Positions 9,062-17,680 of a stretch of DNA of 36,084 nt are shown piece by piece. This DNA comes from an uncultured Methanospirillum sp. (GTDB lineage Archaea; Halobacteriota; Methanomicrobia; Methanomicrobiales; Methanospirillaceae): the NCBI GenBank assembly GCA_964637135.1, contig CAZWTX010000028.1:1-36084 (forward strand), written 5' to 3'. Position numbers and translations under genes: made by a program. Every line of letters starts with the position of its first letter. The stretch's first letter is position 1. The notes under the pieces are model-generated. The model was not told the origin of the DNA, did not search any database, and saw nothing but the letters and a program-made list of their open reading frames with translations.

Positions 9062-10339
9062 TCAGAATACCAGGAATTCGAGCAGGATCGCAACCAAAAA
9101 AATCCCGACTCCGGCAATGGCGATCGGGATGGTATAATTTTTCACCACCGTCCTGATGTCGTCTCCGGTTGTCCGCTGGACCAGCCAAAAGAAGGGGTCC
9201 GTCACGTAGGAGAAGATGCATGAGCCGGCACTGATGAGCAGAATCAGGGGTATCGGGTGTATTGCAGCGACGATTGAGGAACCTGCAAGGATCTGTGAGG
9301 CAATCACCGCGGTTACTACCCGTGAACCCTGGGCGGTCTCGATGAGTGCGGCGAGGATGAACGGGATGAATATCGCCGGGATAAGGAGAGTGAGCTGGTC
9401 GAGGGTCATCTCTGCAAACCCGCTGTGTACGATCACGAACCCGAGGGCGCCTGCCCCGCAGATATCAAATATGATCAGGCCGGCATGCTTTGCCCCGAGG
9501 GTAAGTCCCGGTGCCCTGACCGACGGGGGTGCCAGGGCGATTGCCGTTGCGGCACCGGCGAGCATGATGACGGTGATCATGCCTGACTGGGAGAGGTGGA
9601 GAACGAACAGGGAAATGGGGATTGCAACCATGATCACGATGAATGGAGCCCAGGCACGCCAGTGTATTCCTCCGGTTTCCAATGCCGGTGCCGACGTATC
9701 ACCGACATTCCCCTCCCCGTTTCCTTCCGGGAATGATCCCTCCGACCGGGTACCCCGGAAGTACAGGAGAATTCCCCCGAGGATGAGCAGTGATATCGGA
9801 ATAACCACGGCATCATAGAGAAACGGACTCATTCCCCCGGCAAATGCATTGTAGAGGGGAATGACCACCGGTGTTGGGTACACAAGGGCGTACGAGATGA
9901 TTCCGCCGACAGCAGCCATGTAGAGGAGCACGTTTCGCCGGATGGTATCTTTCTCAAGGCTCTCAAGGATCGGATTGAGCATGATGTACGCGGTGATGCA
10001 GCAGGTAATCGGAATTGAGAGGAGGTACCCGGCAAAACCGGCTAATATCGGAGGATTTTTGATAACCCGGCTGATGTCAGCAACGATATCTGCGGTCTGA
10101 TGCTGTTCCTGCAGAAGTTTTGCAATAACCGCCCCACAGAGGATGATGATACCAAAAGCCGAGAACACCTTTCCGATACCCGCGGTGATCCCCTGGATGG
10201 TCTCATCGGGAGTCATCCCCACGAGAAGCCCGAAGAGGATAGCCCCCCCTGTCAGGGTAAAGAACGGGGATATCCGGTACCAGATGCTGACAACCGTGAT
10301 CAGGGCAAGGGTGATGACAAATGCAATGAGGGGATCCAC
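9062..10339 (-). CDS. GntP family (gluconate/organic acid:H+) permease
   Basis: Polytopic membrane protein with ALVYPTP, LIETAQGSRVVTA and SYVTDPFFWLV motifs. GTG start. Confidence 0.9.
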   Translation of the reverse strand: MDPLIAFVITLALITVVSIWYRISPFFTLTGGAILFGLLVGMTPDETIQGITAGIGKVFSAFGIIILCGAVIAKLLQEQHQTADIVADISRVIKNPPILAGFAGYLLSIPITCCITAYIMLNPILESLEKDTIRRNVLLYMAAVGGIISYALVYPTPVVIPLYNAFAGGMSPFLYDAVVIPISLLILGGILLYFRGTRSEGSFPEGNGEGNVGDTSAPALETGGIHWRAWAPFIVIMVAIPISLFVLHLSQSGMITVIMLAGAATAIALAPPSVRAPGLTLGAKHAGLIIFDICGAGALGFVIVHSGFAEMTLDQLTLLIPAIFIPFILAALIETAQGSRVVTAVIASQILAGSSIVAAIHPIPLILLISAGSCIFSYVTDPFFWLVQRTTGDDIRTVVKNYTIPIAIAGVGIFLVAILLEFLVF

Positions 10340-10576
10340 AGGGAGTATTGCTATGAAGAGGAGAAAAATGAATTGAAACTATTATCTCTCCTCTGAATCT
10401 CTCGTTTCAGAAGTATTTACCTTCCTGCCGGGTTGTAACCAGATACCATATCCCTTCTTTCCCGGCTTTATAGTCGGAATAGATCCGGCTTACTCTCATT
10501 AGTGGCTGGTGGTCGATACCATCCCATGGTCATATCGCTGTTAACGTGGGTTCGTACGATGCTGTCACTTTGGTTC

Positions 10577-10831
10577 TTACATAAACAGGATAAGCAGGGC
10601 GACAACAAATCCGAAGATGATGATCGTTTCGGGAAGCAGGGTGAGAACAATACCGGTTCCCAGGAATTTTTTGTCTTCAGCGATGGCTCCGACTGCTGCT
10701 GCACCGATGCCCATCTCTGCATTTCCTGCTCCGATCCCTGCAAGTCCAAGTGAAAGACCTGCTCCGATTGTCTTCAGTCCTGTACTCATAGTCGTTTCGT
10801 TTAAGAGTGCTGTTGCTATTTCTCCAACCAT
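10577..10831 (-). CDS. atpK: A/V-type ATP synthase proteolipid subunit K (c), single hairpin, orphan copy
   Basis: 84 aa: GAGLSLGLAGIGAGNAEMGIGAAAVGAIAED...LLPETIIIFGFVVALL, with a Gly-rich helix 1 and the ion-binding Glu in PET. ATG 10831 follows GAGGAATAAAA and is preferred to the ORF-track start at 10861. Confidence 0.93.
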   Translation of the reverse strand: MVGEIATALLNETTMSTGLKTIGAGLSLGLAGIGAGNAEMGIGAAAVGAIAEDKKFLGTGIVLTLLPETIIIFGFVVALLILFM

Positions 10832-10996
10832 TTTTATTCCTCTGGTTTTTTGTAACTGCATTATACTCTGGTTGCCGGTGTGAGATCTGCAACCAGCCGG
10901 GATTACCTGGTTTCTCTATACTGCTGCTCCTGATCATGCTACTGATGCAATAAACGAGATATTTCCCGGGAACTCCCGGTGATATCTGATATCTGG

Positions 10997-11242
10997 TCAG
11001 GACACAGAGCCTTCGCTTTTCCAACTGGCCTGTGGGGTGGTGGTGATCATCGTGGTTACCAGGGTGCTAACATCATGGGAGAACTGTTCCTGGCATACAC
11101 CCTTCTGTTCAAGGATCATCTTCAGATCTGGTCGTATCTGTGACATTCCATCAAATATCAGGGATAGCAGTACGGCAATTTCAACGGGTTCGATCTCTGT
11201 TGCCTGGGTATCGTTTGTGTATGTTTTATCTTCTGTGTTCAT
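10997..11242 (-). CDS. Small protein homologous to the C-terminal helices of the adjacent TetR
   Basis: 31/51 identical residues, ungapped, to the TetR C-terminus. GAGGTAATC directly precedes the ATG and the frame is intact. Confidence 0.75.
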   Translation of the reverse strand: MNTEDKTYTNDTQATEIEPVEIAVLLSLIFDGMSQIRPDLKMILEQKGVCQEQFSHDVSTLVTTMITTTPQASWKSEGSVS

Positions 11243-11386
11243 GATTACCTCATTGGGAGGATTGACGCTCTATTCTATATCGATACGCATCGCTAATGCT
11301 GGATGATCTATGCCCGGTACGGGCAGGATGAGGGATCGATATACCCGTTTAGCCGATCCCTGACGGTGCAAAATTCTCTTTCATGA

Positions 11387-12070
11387 TCATCCTCCCTGAC
11401 CACCGGTACTGGTTTGTTTACTGGTTCCGGACCTGGTGATCATGGCGGTGATCAGGCGCTTGACATCCAGGGCAAATTTCTCTTTATCGACACCTTTGCT
11501 GGCAAGGATCATCACCAGGTCAGGTCTCATGTTGATGATACCATCCGAGATCAGGGTAAGCAGGACCGCAATCTCTTCAGGTTCCACATCTGATCGAATC
11601 GATCCTTCATTCATTCCAGCCTGTATTGCACTCAGAAACCGGGCATACATCTCTCCCACTAACCCGCCGATCTCCTGGATATCCTTGTTGGCCATAAGGG
11701 AGGCAGGATCAAACCTTCCTGACATCACAAAGGAGCAGCACTTCTGATAATCGGGATATTCCCGTGCGAATGTATCCCCGATATCACGATATGCAATAAC
11801 TTTCTCAAGATTCGTTGCAGCCTGGTCCATGGCTTCTTTCTGCATATTTGCGAGAATCCTGGTACCCCGAAGGACAATGGAAAAGAACAGGGCTTCTTTG
11901 TTCTCGAAGTACCGGTAAAGGGCACCTTTGGTAAGACCTACTTCGGCTGCAATTTCATCCATTGATACCATATCATAACCCTTTGCGAAGAACAACTTCT
12001 CCGCAGCATCGATGATGAGATTCAAGCGTTGCTCCTTCTCTTTCTCCTTGTATTCCTTCATGTCTGCCAT
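11387..12070 (-). CDS. TetR/AcrR family transcriptional regulator
   Basis: IIDAAEKLFFAKGYDMVSMDEIAAEVGLTKGALYRYFENKEALF is a TetR_N HTH. Confidence 0.96.
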   Translation of the reverse strand: MADMKEYKEKEKEQRLNLIIDAAEKLFFAKGYDMVSMDEIAAEVGLTKGALYRYFENKEALFFSIVLRGTRILANMQKEAMDQAATNLEKVIAYRDIGDTFAREYPDYQKCCSFVMSGRFDPASLMANKDIQEIGGLVGEMYARFLSAIQAGMNEGSIRSDVEPEEIAVLLTLISDGIINMRPDLVMILASKGVDKEKFALDVKRLITAMITRSGTSKQTSTGGQGG

Positions 12071-12081
12071 AATAAAACCCA

Positions 12082-12148
12082 GTAACCTTCATTCACGAGA
12101 GTGAATGTGAGTTACCTCAGTAACCAATGGTCGCTCATCCTATATAAT
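12082..12148 (-). promoter_or_regulatory. Putative tetR promoter/operator
   Basis: Minus-strand TATA-like ATTATATA (12141-12148), imperfect palindrome AGTAACC-aat-GGTCGCT (12119-12135) and inverted repeat GTAAC-ctt-CATTCAC-gaga-GTGAATG-tga-GTTAC (12082-12115). Confidence 0.55.
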
Positions 12149-12288
12149 TGTGAAACCTGTTGTTGTTTCACGACCTGTCGGGGATACCGTTCCTGTGATA
12201 CGGCCATCGCTGCCTTCTGCCATCCAAAAAAAGAATCGGAATGATACCTGTTCGAGAATAATTCCAGAGTTCAAAATTGAATGAGAGC

Positions 12289-13392
12289 CTATCCTTTCTG
12301 ATTCAATAGCCCTTCTCCCCGGGCATCGGCCGCTACCATGGCGTCGTACACCATCTCCGGGCTCACGGCAAACGGTTCACTGTCCATGAAATTTTCCGGG
12401 CTGCAGGCGGCGGTTGCAACCGCCATGAGGTCCTCCCGTGAGAGACCGGTCTCGCTGATATCGGCAAGGGTAACCGGTAATCCTACGCTGATACAGAACC
12501 GGATCACTTCGTTGATCTCATCCTCCGGCTGGTTTTCAAGCACCAGCTGGACGATCGTCCCGAATGCCACGAGTTCGCCATGGTACATCCGGTGGCAGGA
12601 GGGGAGGATTGTCAGGGCGTTATAGATCGAATGGGCACCGGCAAGACCATTGCTCTCGAACCCGACGCCGCTGAGGTAGATATTCGCCTCGATCACGTGT
12701 TCCAGTTCCCGGGTGCAGATCCTCTCTTCTGCCGACTCCTTCGCTTTCACCCCGTTCCGGATCAGGATATCGTAACAGATCCGGGAGAGTGCCAGCGAGG
12801 TGTACGTGTATTTTCCCCCGACGAAATTATCATGATCAGACATGGCATTCGCCCGTGCCTCGAAGTAGGTCGAGAGGGCATCCCCCATCCCGGCGACGAG
12901 GAACCTGACCGGGGCAGCAGCGATCACCTCCGTGTCAACGAGGACCATCTCCGGGTTTTTCGGAAGAAGGATGTTCCCGTCAAAGGCATGATCCTCGGTG
13001 TAGGTTACGGCAATGGCACTGGTCGGGGCATCGGTCGAGGCAATCGTCGGGATCGAGATCACCGGACCGCCTACGCGGACCGACACGCCCTTGGCGGTGT
13101 CGAGAGCCTTGCCCCCGCCGACCCCCACCGTCACCCGGCACCCGTGCTCCCCGGCAACTTTCACCAGCCGGGCGATCTCGGTTCTCGTGCATTCGCCGGA
13201 GAAGGGTTCGAATACCGCGGTCTTCCCGGTGACCCGGCAACTCTCCTCGATGACCGGTTTCAGGTTCCGGTACGCATATCCCCCCATCACAAAGAGAAAC
13301 GGTCCTTCAAATCCTGCGAGATGGTCTCCTATCCGGGCAAGTTCCCCTGGTCCCTGGATATATCGTCCCGGTGATGCGAGTATTCTGGTCAT
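12289..13392 (-). CDS. gldA: Glycerol dehydrogenase (family III metal-dependent alcohol dehydrogenase)
   Basis: SPGRYIQGPG, GVGGGKALDTAK, PTIASTDAPTS, AGMGDALSTYFEA, GLAGAHSIYNAL and YHGELVAFG. AGGAGG RBS upstream. Confidence 0.9.
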   Translation of the reverse strand: MTRILASPGRYIQGPGELARIGDHLAGFEGPFLFVMGGYAYRNLKPVIEESCRVTGKTAVFEPFSGECTRTEIARLVKVAGEHGCRVTVGVGGGKALDTAKGVSVRVGGPVISIPTIASTDAPTSAIAVTYTEDHAFDGNILLPKNPEMVLVDTEVIAAAPVRFLVAGMGDALSTYFEARANAMSDHDNFVGGKYTYTSLALSRICYDILIRNGVKAKESAEERICTRELEHVIEANIYLSGVGFESNGLAGAHSIYNALTILPSCHRMYHGELVAFGTIVQLVLENQPEDEINEVIRFCISVGLPVTLADISETGLSREDLMAVATAACSPENFMDSEPFAVSPEMVYDAMVAADARGEGLLNQKG

Positions 13393-13578
13393 GGTACAGT
13401 ACCTCCTGTCCCTGAAAGAGTATGGCCTCCCTCCTGATAAACACGGGAGAAAAGCATAACGCCGTATTGAAAAGAGAAAAAATGTATCCCCCCATCAGGG
13501 CCGGATAAACGGCTGGCAGGTTCCGCACCGCAGCATCCTGCCTGACCATCGTTTCCGGGATGAGCCGGTGGCGAAGGA

Positions 13579-14676
13579 TCAGAGCCTGAATCCTGATCGT
13601 CCGGTAAATGTCTTCTGGAAAGTCCTGATCCCGCCGGTCACGGCTGTTGAATCAGACCACTGATTATCGGCAGCAGTCCTGTTATAAGATGATGTGCTAT
13701 ACCCGCCCCTGGCTTCGAGAATGTGACCCGCAATGGTGGTCGAGATGGATCCTTCGGCAATTCCGTATCCAGATTCTGTATCAGGGGTCACCGCGATCTG
13801 GTATGAGAATCCGGCAGGAATATCGGCAGAATTCGCAACACTCCTGACTTGTGCCCTGGTCGAGACCTGACCACTGTTCATATTGATGAGAGCACTTTTC
13901 GCCGTTACGATGTTGCAGAACGCCGGGAGTGCCGGAGTGGTACTGCTCGCAAAGACACACCGGATACTGCTGGACGTGTCCTCCGGCCCACCGGCAGTAT
14001 CAAGGATCAGGGACTCTTCCCCTGCCAGATGTGCCCCATCGGTGCTGGTATATGTCAGTACCTTCCCGGCATCGAGATTGTCCATGCCGCTTGCCTTATT
14101 CCGGGAGTCAAATCTGAAATTTTTGTTTTCAGTCAGTCTGCCACCGCTGGTGAGGATCTGATCTGAATAGGTGACAGTCGACAGTTCCTGGTACGGCTGG
14201 ATCATACCGGTCGGAATAGTGTCCCATACGGTGGTATCTGAACTGACAAAGTACAGGGAATTATCCAGGTACGTGATAAGGGATTGTAAGGTGGTCATTC
14301 CCCATATCGAGTCCTGGTAGCGGTTTGATTCCGCATATTTCGGAACGATAATCGAAATAATGGATTCACGAGCAGCATCAAAAGGTTGTGCTGTAACAAT
14401 TGCCCCTGCAGCACGCATTCCTGCAATGTCATTATGGGTAAAAGCATTTGCGACGGGATTACTGGTCACATGCTTTGTTGCTTCCGCTCCTTTGCCGGCG
14501 ATGATCCAGTTGATTCCGGTTTCGTCATCAACGATACCGGTTGCATCAATCATCGTCGATATGTCAAACTGCTGATTCTCAGGTACCTGTTCGGGTAGAC
14601 GATCTGCACAGCCCGGGTCTGTCCCGACGATGGCGATAATGATCATGAGTACCCATCCGATGTCTCTTCTTCTCAC
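13579..14676 (-). CDS. Secreted beta-rich protein, probable Methanospirillum sheath-protein (MspA-like) paralog
   Basis: Signal peptide then ADRLPEQVPENQ. Thr/Ser/Gly-rich, with a C-x12-C loop (IRCVFASSTTPALPAFCNIV) and C-terminal FQKTFTGRSGFRL. The family assignment is from recall only. Confidence 0.55.
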   Translation of the reverse strand: MRRRDIGWVLMIIIAIVGTDPGCADRLPEQVPENQQFDISTMIDATGIVDDETGINWIIAGKGAEATKHVTSNPVANAFTHNDIAGMRAAGAIVTAQPFDAARESIISIIVPKYAESNRYQDSIWGMTTLQSLITYLDNSLYFVSSDTTVWDTIPTGMIQPYQELSTVTYSDQILTSGGRLTENKNFRFDSRNKASGMDNLDAGKVLTYTSTDGAHLAGEESLILDTAGGPEDTSSSIRCVFASSTTPALPAFCNIVTAKSALINMNSGQVSTRAQVRSVANSADIPAGFSYQIAVTPDTESGYGIAEGSISTTIAGHILEARGGYSTSSYNRTAADNQWSDSTAVTGGIRTFQKTFTGRSGFRL

Positions 14677-14899
14677 TGATTCACCCGGTCACCAAAAATG
14701 CCTTAAAATGTTACTCTGATTTCTCGTTAAGGGTTTGCCAAAAAGGATATCAGATACATCATGGATGTGGCGGGTATCGCTGTCATGAATCTGTAGTACC
14801 GGAGGGGCCGGTCACCAGGGGATACCTGAAACATACCGGTCATCTCTGGTACCGGATAAACCAGATGAGCACCAATAGTACTTCAGGACTTGACTTGCG

Positions 14900-15172
14900 A
14901 TGAAGAAGGCAATCATTACCGTCGTCGGGAAGGACACGGTCGGCATTATTGCAAAGATCTGCACGTACCTTGCTGATAACCAGTATAATGTCGAAGATAT
15001 CTCGCAGACGATCGTACAGGGATACTTCAATATGATGATGATCGTCGATACCGAACGGTCTTCAAAACCGTTCTCTGATATGGTGACCGATCTTGAGGCG
15101 CTCGGTGAAACCATCGGTGTGCGGATCCGGTGCCAGCGTGAAGATATTTTCGAGAAGATGCACCGGATTTAA
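14900..15172 (+). CDS. ACT domain protein (UPF0237)
   Basis: [20 protein letters not shown]...[19 protein letters not shown]...[12 protein letters not shown]. Confidence 0.93.
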   Translation: MKKAIITVVGKDTVGIIAKICTYLADNQYNVEDISQTIVQGYFNMMMIVDTERSSKPFSDMVTDLEALGETIGVRIRCQREDIFEKMHRI

Positions 15173-15189
15173 CGGTAATAACCAGTATC

Positions 15190-16554
15190 ATGATCAATAT
15201 TTTCGAGGTCAACGAGACGAACCAGATGATCGAGCAGGAACAGCTCGACGTCAGGACGATCACGCTCGGGATCAGCCTGCTTGACTGCTGCGATGCGGAT
15301 TGCGATATTCTGAACCAGAAAATATACGAAAAAATCACCCGGCTTGCCCGGAACCTTGTCGCAACCGGGCGGGAGATAGAACTGGAATTCGGAATCCCGA
15401 TCGTCAACAAGCGGATATCGGTTACCCCGATCGCCCTTATCGCCGGATCTGCCTGTAAGAGCCCTGAAGACTTTGTCTCGGTTGCAAAAACCCTGGATAT
15501 GGCTGCCAGGGACACGGGGGTCAACTTCATCGGCGGGTACTCGGCAATCGTCTCAAAGGGGATGACCCCGACCGATGAGAACCTGATCCGGTCCATCCCG
15601 CAGGCACTCGCGGTCACGGAACGGGTCTGCAGCTCGGTGAACATCGGTTCGACGAAGACTGGGATCAACATGGATGCCGTCAAACTCATGGGCGAGATCG
15701 TGAAGGAGACGGCTGAGGCAACGAAGGAGCAGAACTCCCTGGGCTGCGCCAAGCTGGTCGTCTTCTGCAATGCCCCGGATGACAACCCGTTCATGGCCGG
15801 AGCGTTTCATGGCGTCTCCGAGGCTGATGCGGTCATCAACGTCGGCGTTTCCGGTCCGGGCGTTGTCAAGCATGCCCTTGAGGGGGTCAGGGGAAAGGAT
15901 TTCGAGATCCTTTGTGAAACAGTCAAAAAGACGGCGTTCAAGGTGACCCGGGCTGGCCAGCTCGTCGCCCAGGCAGCATCCGAACGGCTTGGGATCCCGT
16001 TCGGGATCGTCGATCTCTCACTGGCCCCGACCCCTTCCGTAGGGGACAGCGTCGCCGGGATCCTCGAGGAGATGGGGCTTGAATCGGTCGGTGCCCCGGG
16101 GACGACCGCTGCCCTGGCCCTCCTGAACGATCAGGTCAAGAAAGGTGGGGTGATGGCAAGTTCCTTTGTCGGCGGGCTCTCCGGGGCGTTCATCCCGGTG
16201 AGCGAGGACCAGGGGATGATCGATGCCGTGAACCGGGGAGCCCTGACACTTGAGAAACTCGAGGCGATGACCTGTGTATGCTCAGTCGGTCTTGACATGA
16301 TCGCCATTCCAGGTAGCACGCCGGCAACGACGATCTCGGGAATCATCGCCGACGAGGCGGCTATCGGGATGATCAACCAGAAGACAACCGCCGTACGTCT
16401 GATCCCGGTAATCGGAAAAGATATCGGGGATATGGTGGAGTTCGGCGGGCTTCTCGGCCATGCCCCGGTCCAGGCAGTGAACCGGTTCGGGTGTAGCGAG
16501 TTTATCAACCGGGGCGGCCGGATTCCTGCTCCGATTCATAGTTTCAGAAATTAG
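15190..16554 (+). CDS. DUF711 / UPF0210 ('PFL family') protein
   Basis: [55 protein letters not shown] and [13 protein letters not shown]. It has its conserved pairing with the ACT gene. Confidence 0.95.
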   Translation: MINIFEVNETNQMIEQEQLDVRTITLGISLLDCCDADCDILNQKIYEKITRLARNLVATGREIELEFGIPIVNKRISVTPIALIAGSACKSPEDFVSVAKTLDMAARDTGVNFIGGYSAIVSKGMTPTDENLIRSIPQALAVTERVCSSVNIGSTKTGINMDAVKLMGEIVKETAEATKEQNSLGCAKLVVFCNAPDDNPFMAGAFHGVSEADAVINVGVSGPGVVKHALEGVRGKDFEILCETVKKTAFKVTRAGQLVAQAASERLGIPFGIVDLSLAPTPSVGDSVAGILEEMGLESVGAPGTTAALALLNDQVKKGGVMASSFVGGLSGAFIPVSEDQGMIDAVNRGALTLEKLEAMTCVCSVGLDMIAIPGSTPATTISGIIADEAAIGMINQKTTAVRLIPVIGKDIGDMVEFGGLLGHAPVQAVNRFGCSEFINRGGRIPAPIHSFRN

Positions 16555-16966
16555 GTGTGACAGACTGGACTGTGCCATCATAGGTATCTTTCTGATTCTG
16601 GTATCCTTTCACAAGGGGGAAAACTGTTTCCCATTTGACCGGGACAGGGATCCCGGAGATACCTGTCCCTTGGATTCGACTATTGAAGTTCTACTGGATT
16701 CCATAGAACGTATCTGATGGTGTACAGGCACGAATATCCTTCTTGATTTGCGCCTCAACAGGAATATGCTTCAATGGGGTGGGGTTTGGGTGTTCCATCC
16801 CCAATCCTGATAAAATTGATTGTTATTTACGTTTCACAGCCAGTAAAAGCATACCTGATTGGTATATTCTAGAAAAGGGTATCAGACATTGGAAATGGGT
16901 TCTCCAGCCTTGAATGGTGGTCGTACCCGATGTAGATAGAAAAAAACCGGTTCACAGACAAAAAAA

Positions 16967-17680
16967 TCAGAGGATCCTGGTACCATTCCAGGAATCATCA
17001 ACAGAACCTTCCATCTGGGTTTCTTCACCGAATCCATAGGTTCCGTTAAAGGAGTTTGCATCGTCGGAGAGGGTAAAAAGCAGTTTCCCGGTCTCTGTCC
17101 AGATCCCGGTGAATTCTTTGCCGTCTTCTGAAACAATACCCTCAAGAACACCTGGTTCAGATAAATCGTCTGCACCCGGTTGGTACGGATCATAATTCCC
17201 GGAAATGGCTGTGCCATTCACCTGCAGGGTCAGTATATCCATATCCGAATCCCAGATGCCATCCCATCCGGCTGCTTCTGTCGATGTTTCATCAGTCTTT
17301 CTGACACCATCCCATAACCCCGAATATTCGCGGTCGTTGCTGTCGGTTGATGCATAGGTACCGTTAAAGTAGGTCTCATCATCGGAGAGCGTAAATGTGA
17401 AAACCCCTGATTCCGTCCAGGTTCCGGTTAATTCTGTTCCATCCTCTGACAGCGTGCCTTCGATGACTCCCGGTTCCCCGGTTTTGGGATCGATGGGATA
17501 ATAGGTTGCGCTAACGTCACCGTTCTCGTTCACGGTTATATTCATCAGGTACTGTCCTGCAGTCCATGAACCTTCAAAGCCGATTACAGTGTCTGATGTT
17601 TTTTCCTCTTCAGCAGTACAAATGCTCACAAAAACGAGAGAAATGAGGGCACATGTCCAGAATACATTGATCATGTTCAT
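16967..17680 (-). CDS. Secreted acidic protein made of two tandem beta-barrel-like repeats
   Basis: Signal peptide. Repeat 1 EPGVIEGTLSEDGTELTGTWTESGVFTFTLSDDETYFNGTY matches repeat 2 EPGVLEGIVSEDGKEFTGIWTETGKLLFTLSDDANSFNGTY. Confidence 0.8.
   Translation of the reverse strand: MNMINVFWTCALISLVFVSICTAEEEKTSDTVIGFEGSWTAGQYLMNITVNENGDVSATYYPIDPKTGEPGVIEGTLSEDGTELTGTWTESGVFTFTLSDDETYFNGTYASTDSNDREYSGLWDGVRKTDETSTEAAGWDGIWDSDMDILTLQVNGTAISGNYDPYQPGADDLSEPGVLEGIVSEDGKEFTGIWTETGKLLFTLSDDANSFNGTYGFGEETQMEGSVDDSWNGTRIL

Noticed and set aside
10997..11242. Mini-TetR as a simple pseudogene fragment
   Set aside because: It has an intact frame, a good RBS, many synonymous differences and no remnant of the N-terminal part upstream. 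Not fully excluded without comparative data.
12580..13374. 264-aa plus-strand ORF and similar antisense ORFs over DUF711, hcp, MFS and C69
   Set aside because: These are antisense shadows of well-supported GC-rich genes.
15190..16554. Pyruvate formate-lyase activity implied by the 'PFL family' label
   Set aside because: DUF711 is only structurally PFL-like. It is much shorter than PflB, has no RVxGY glycyl-radical motif and has no activase gene nearby.
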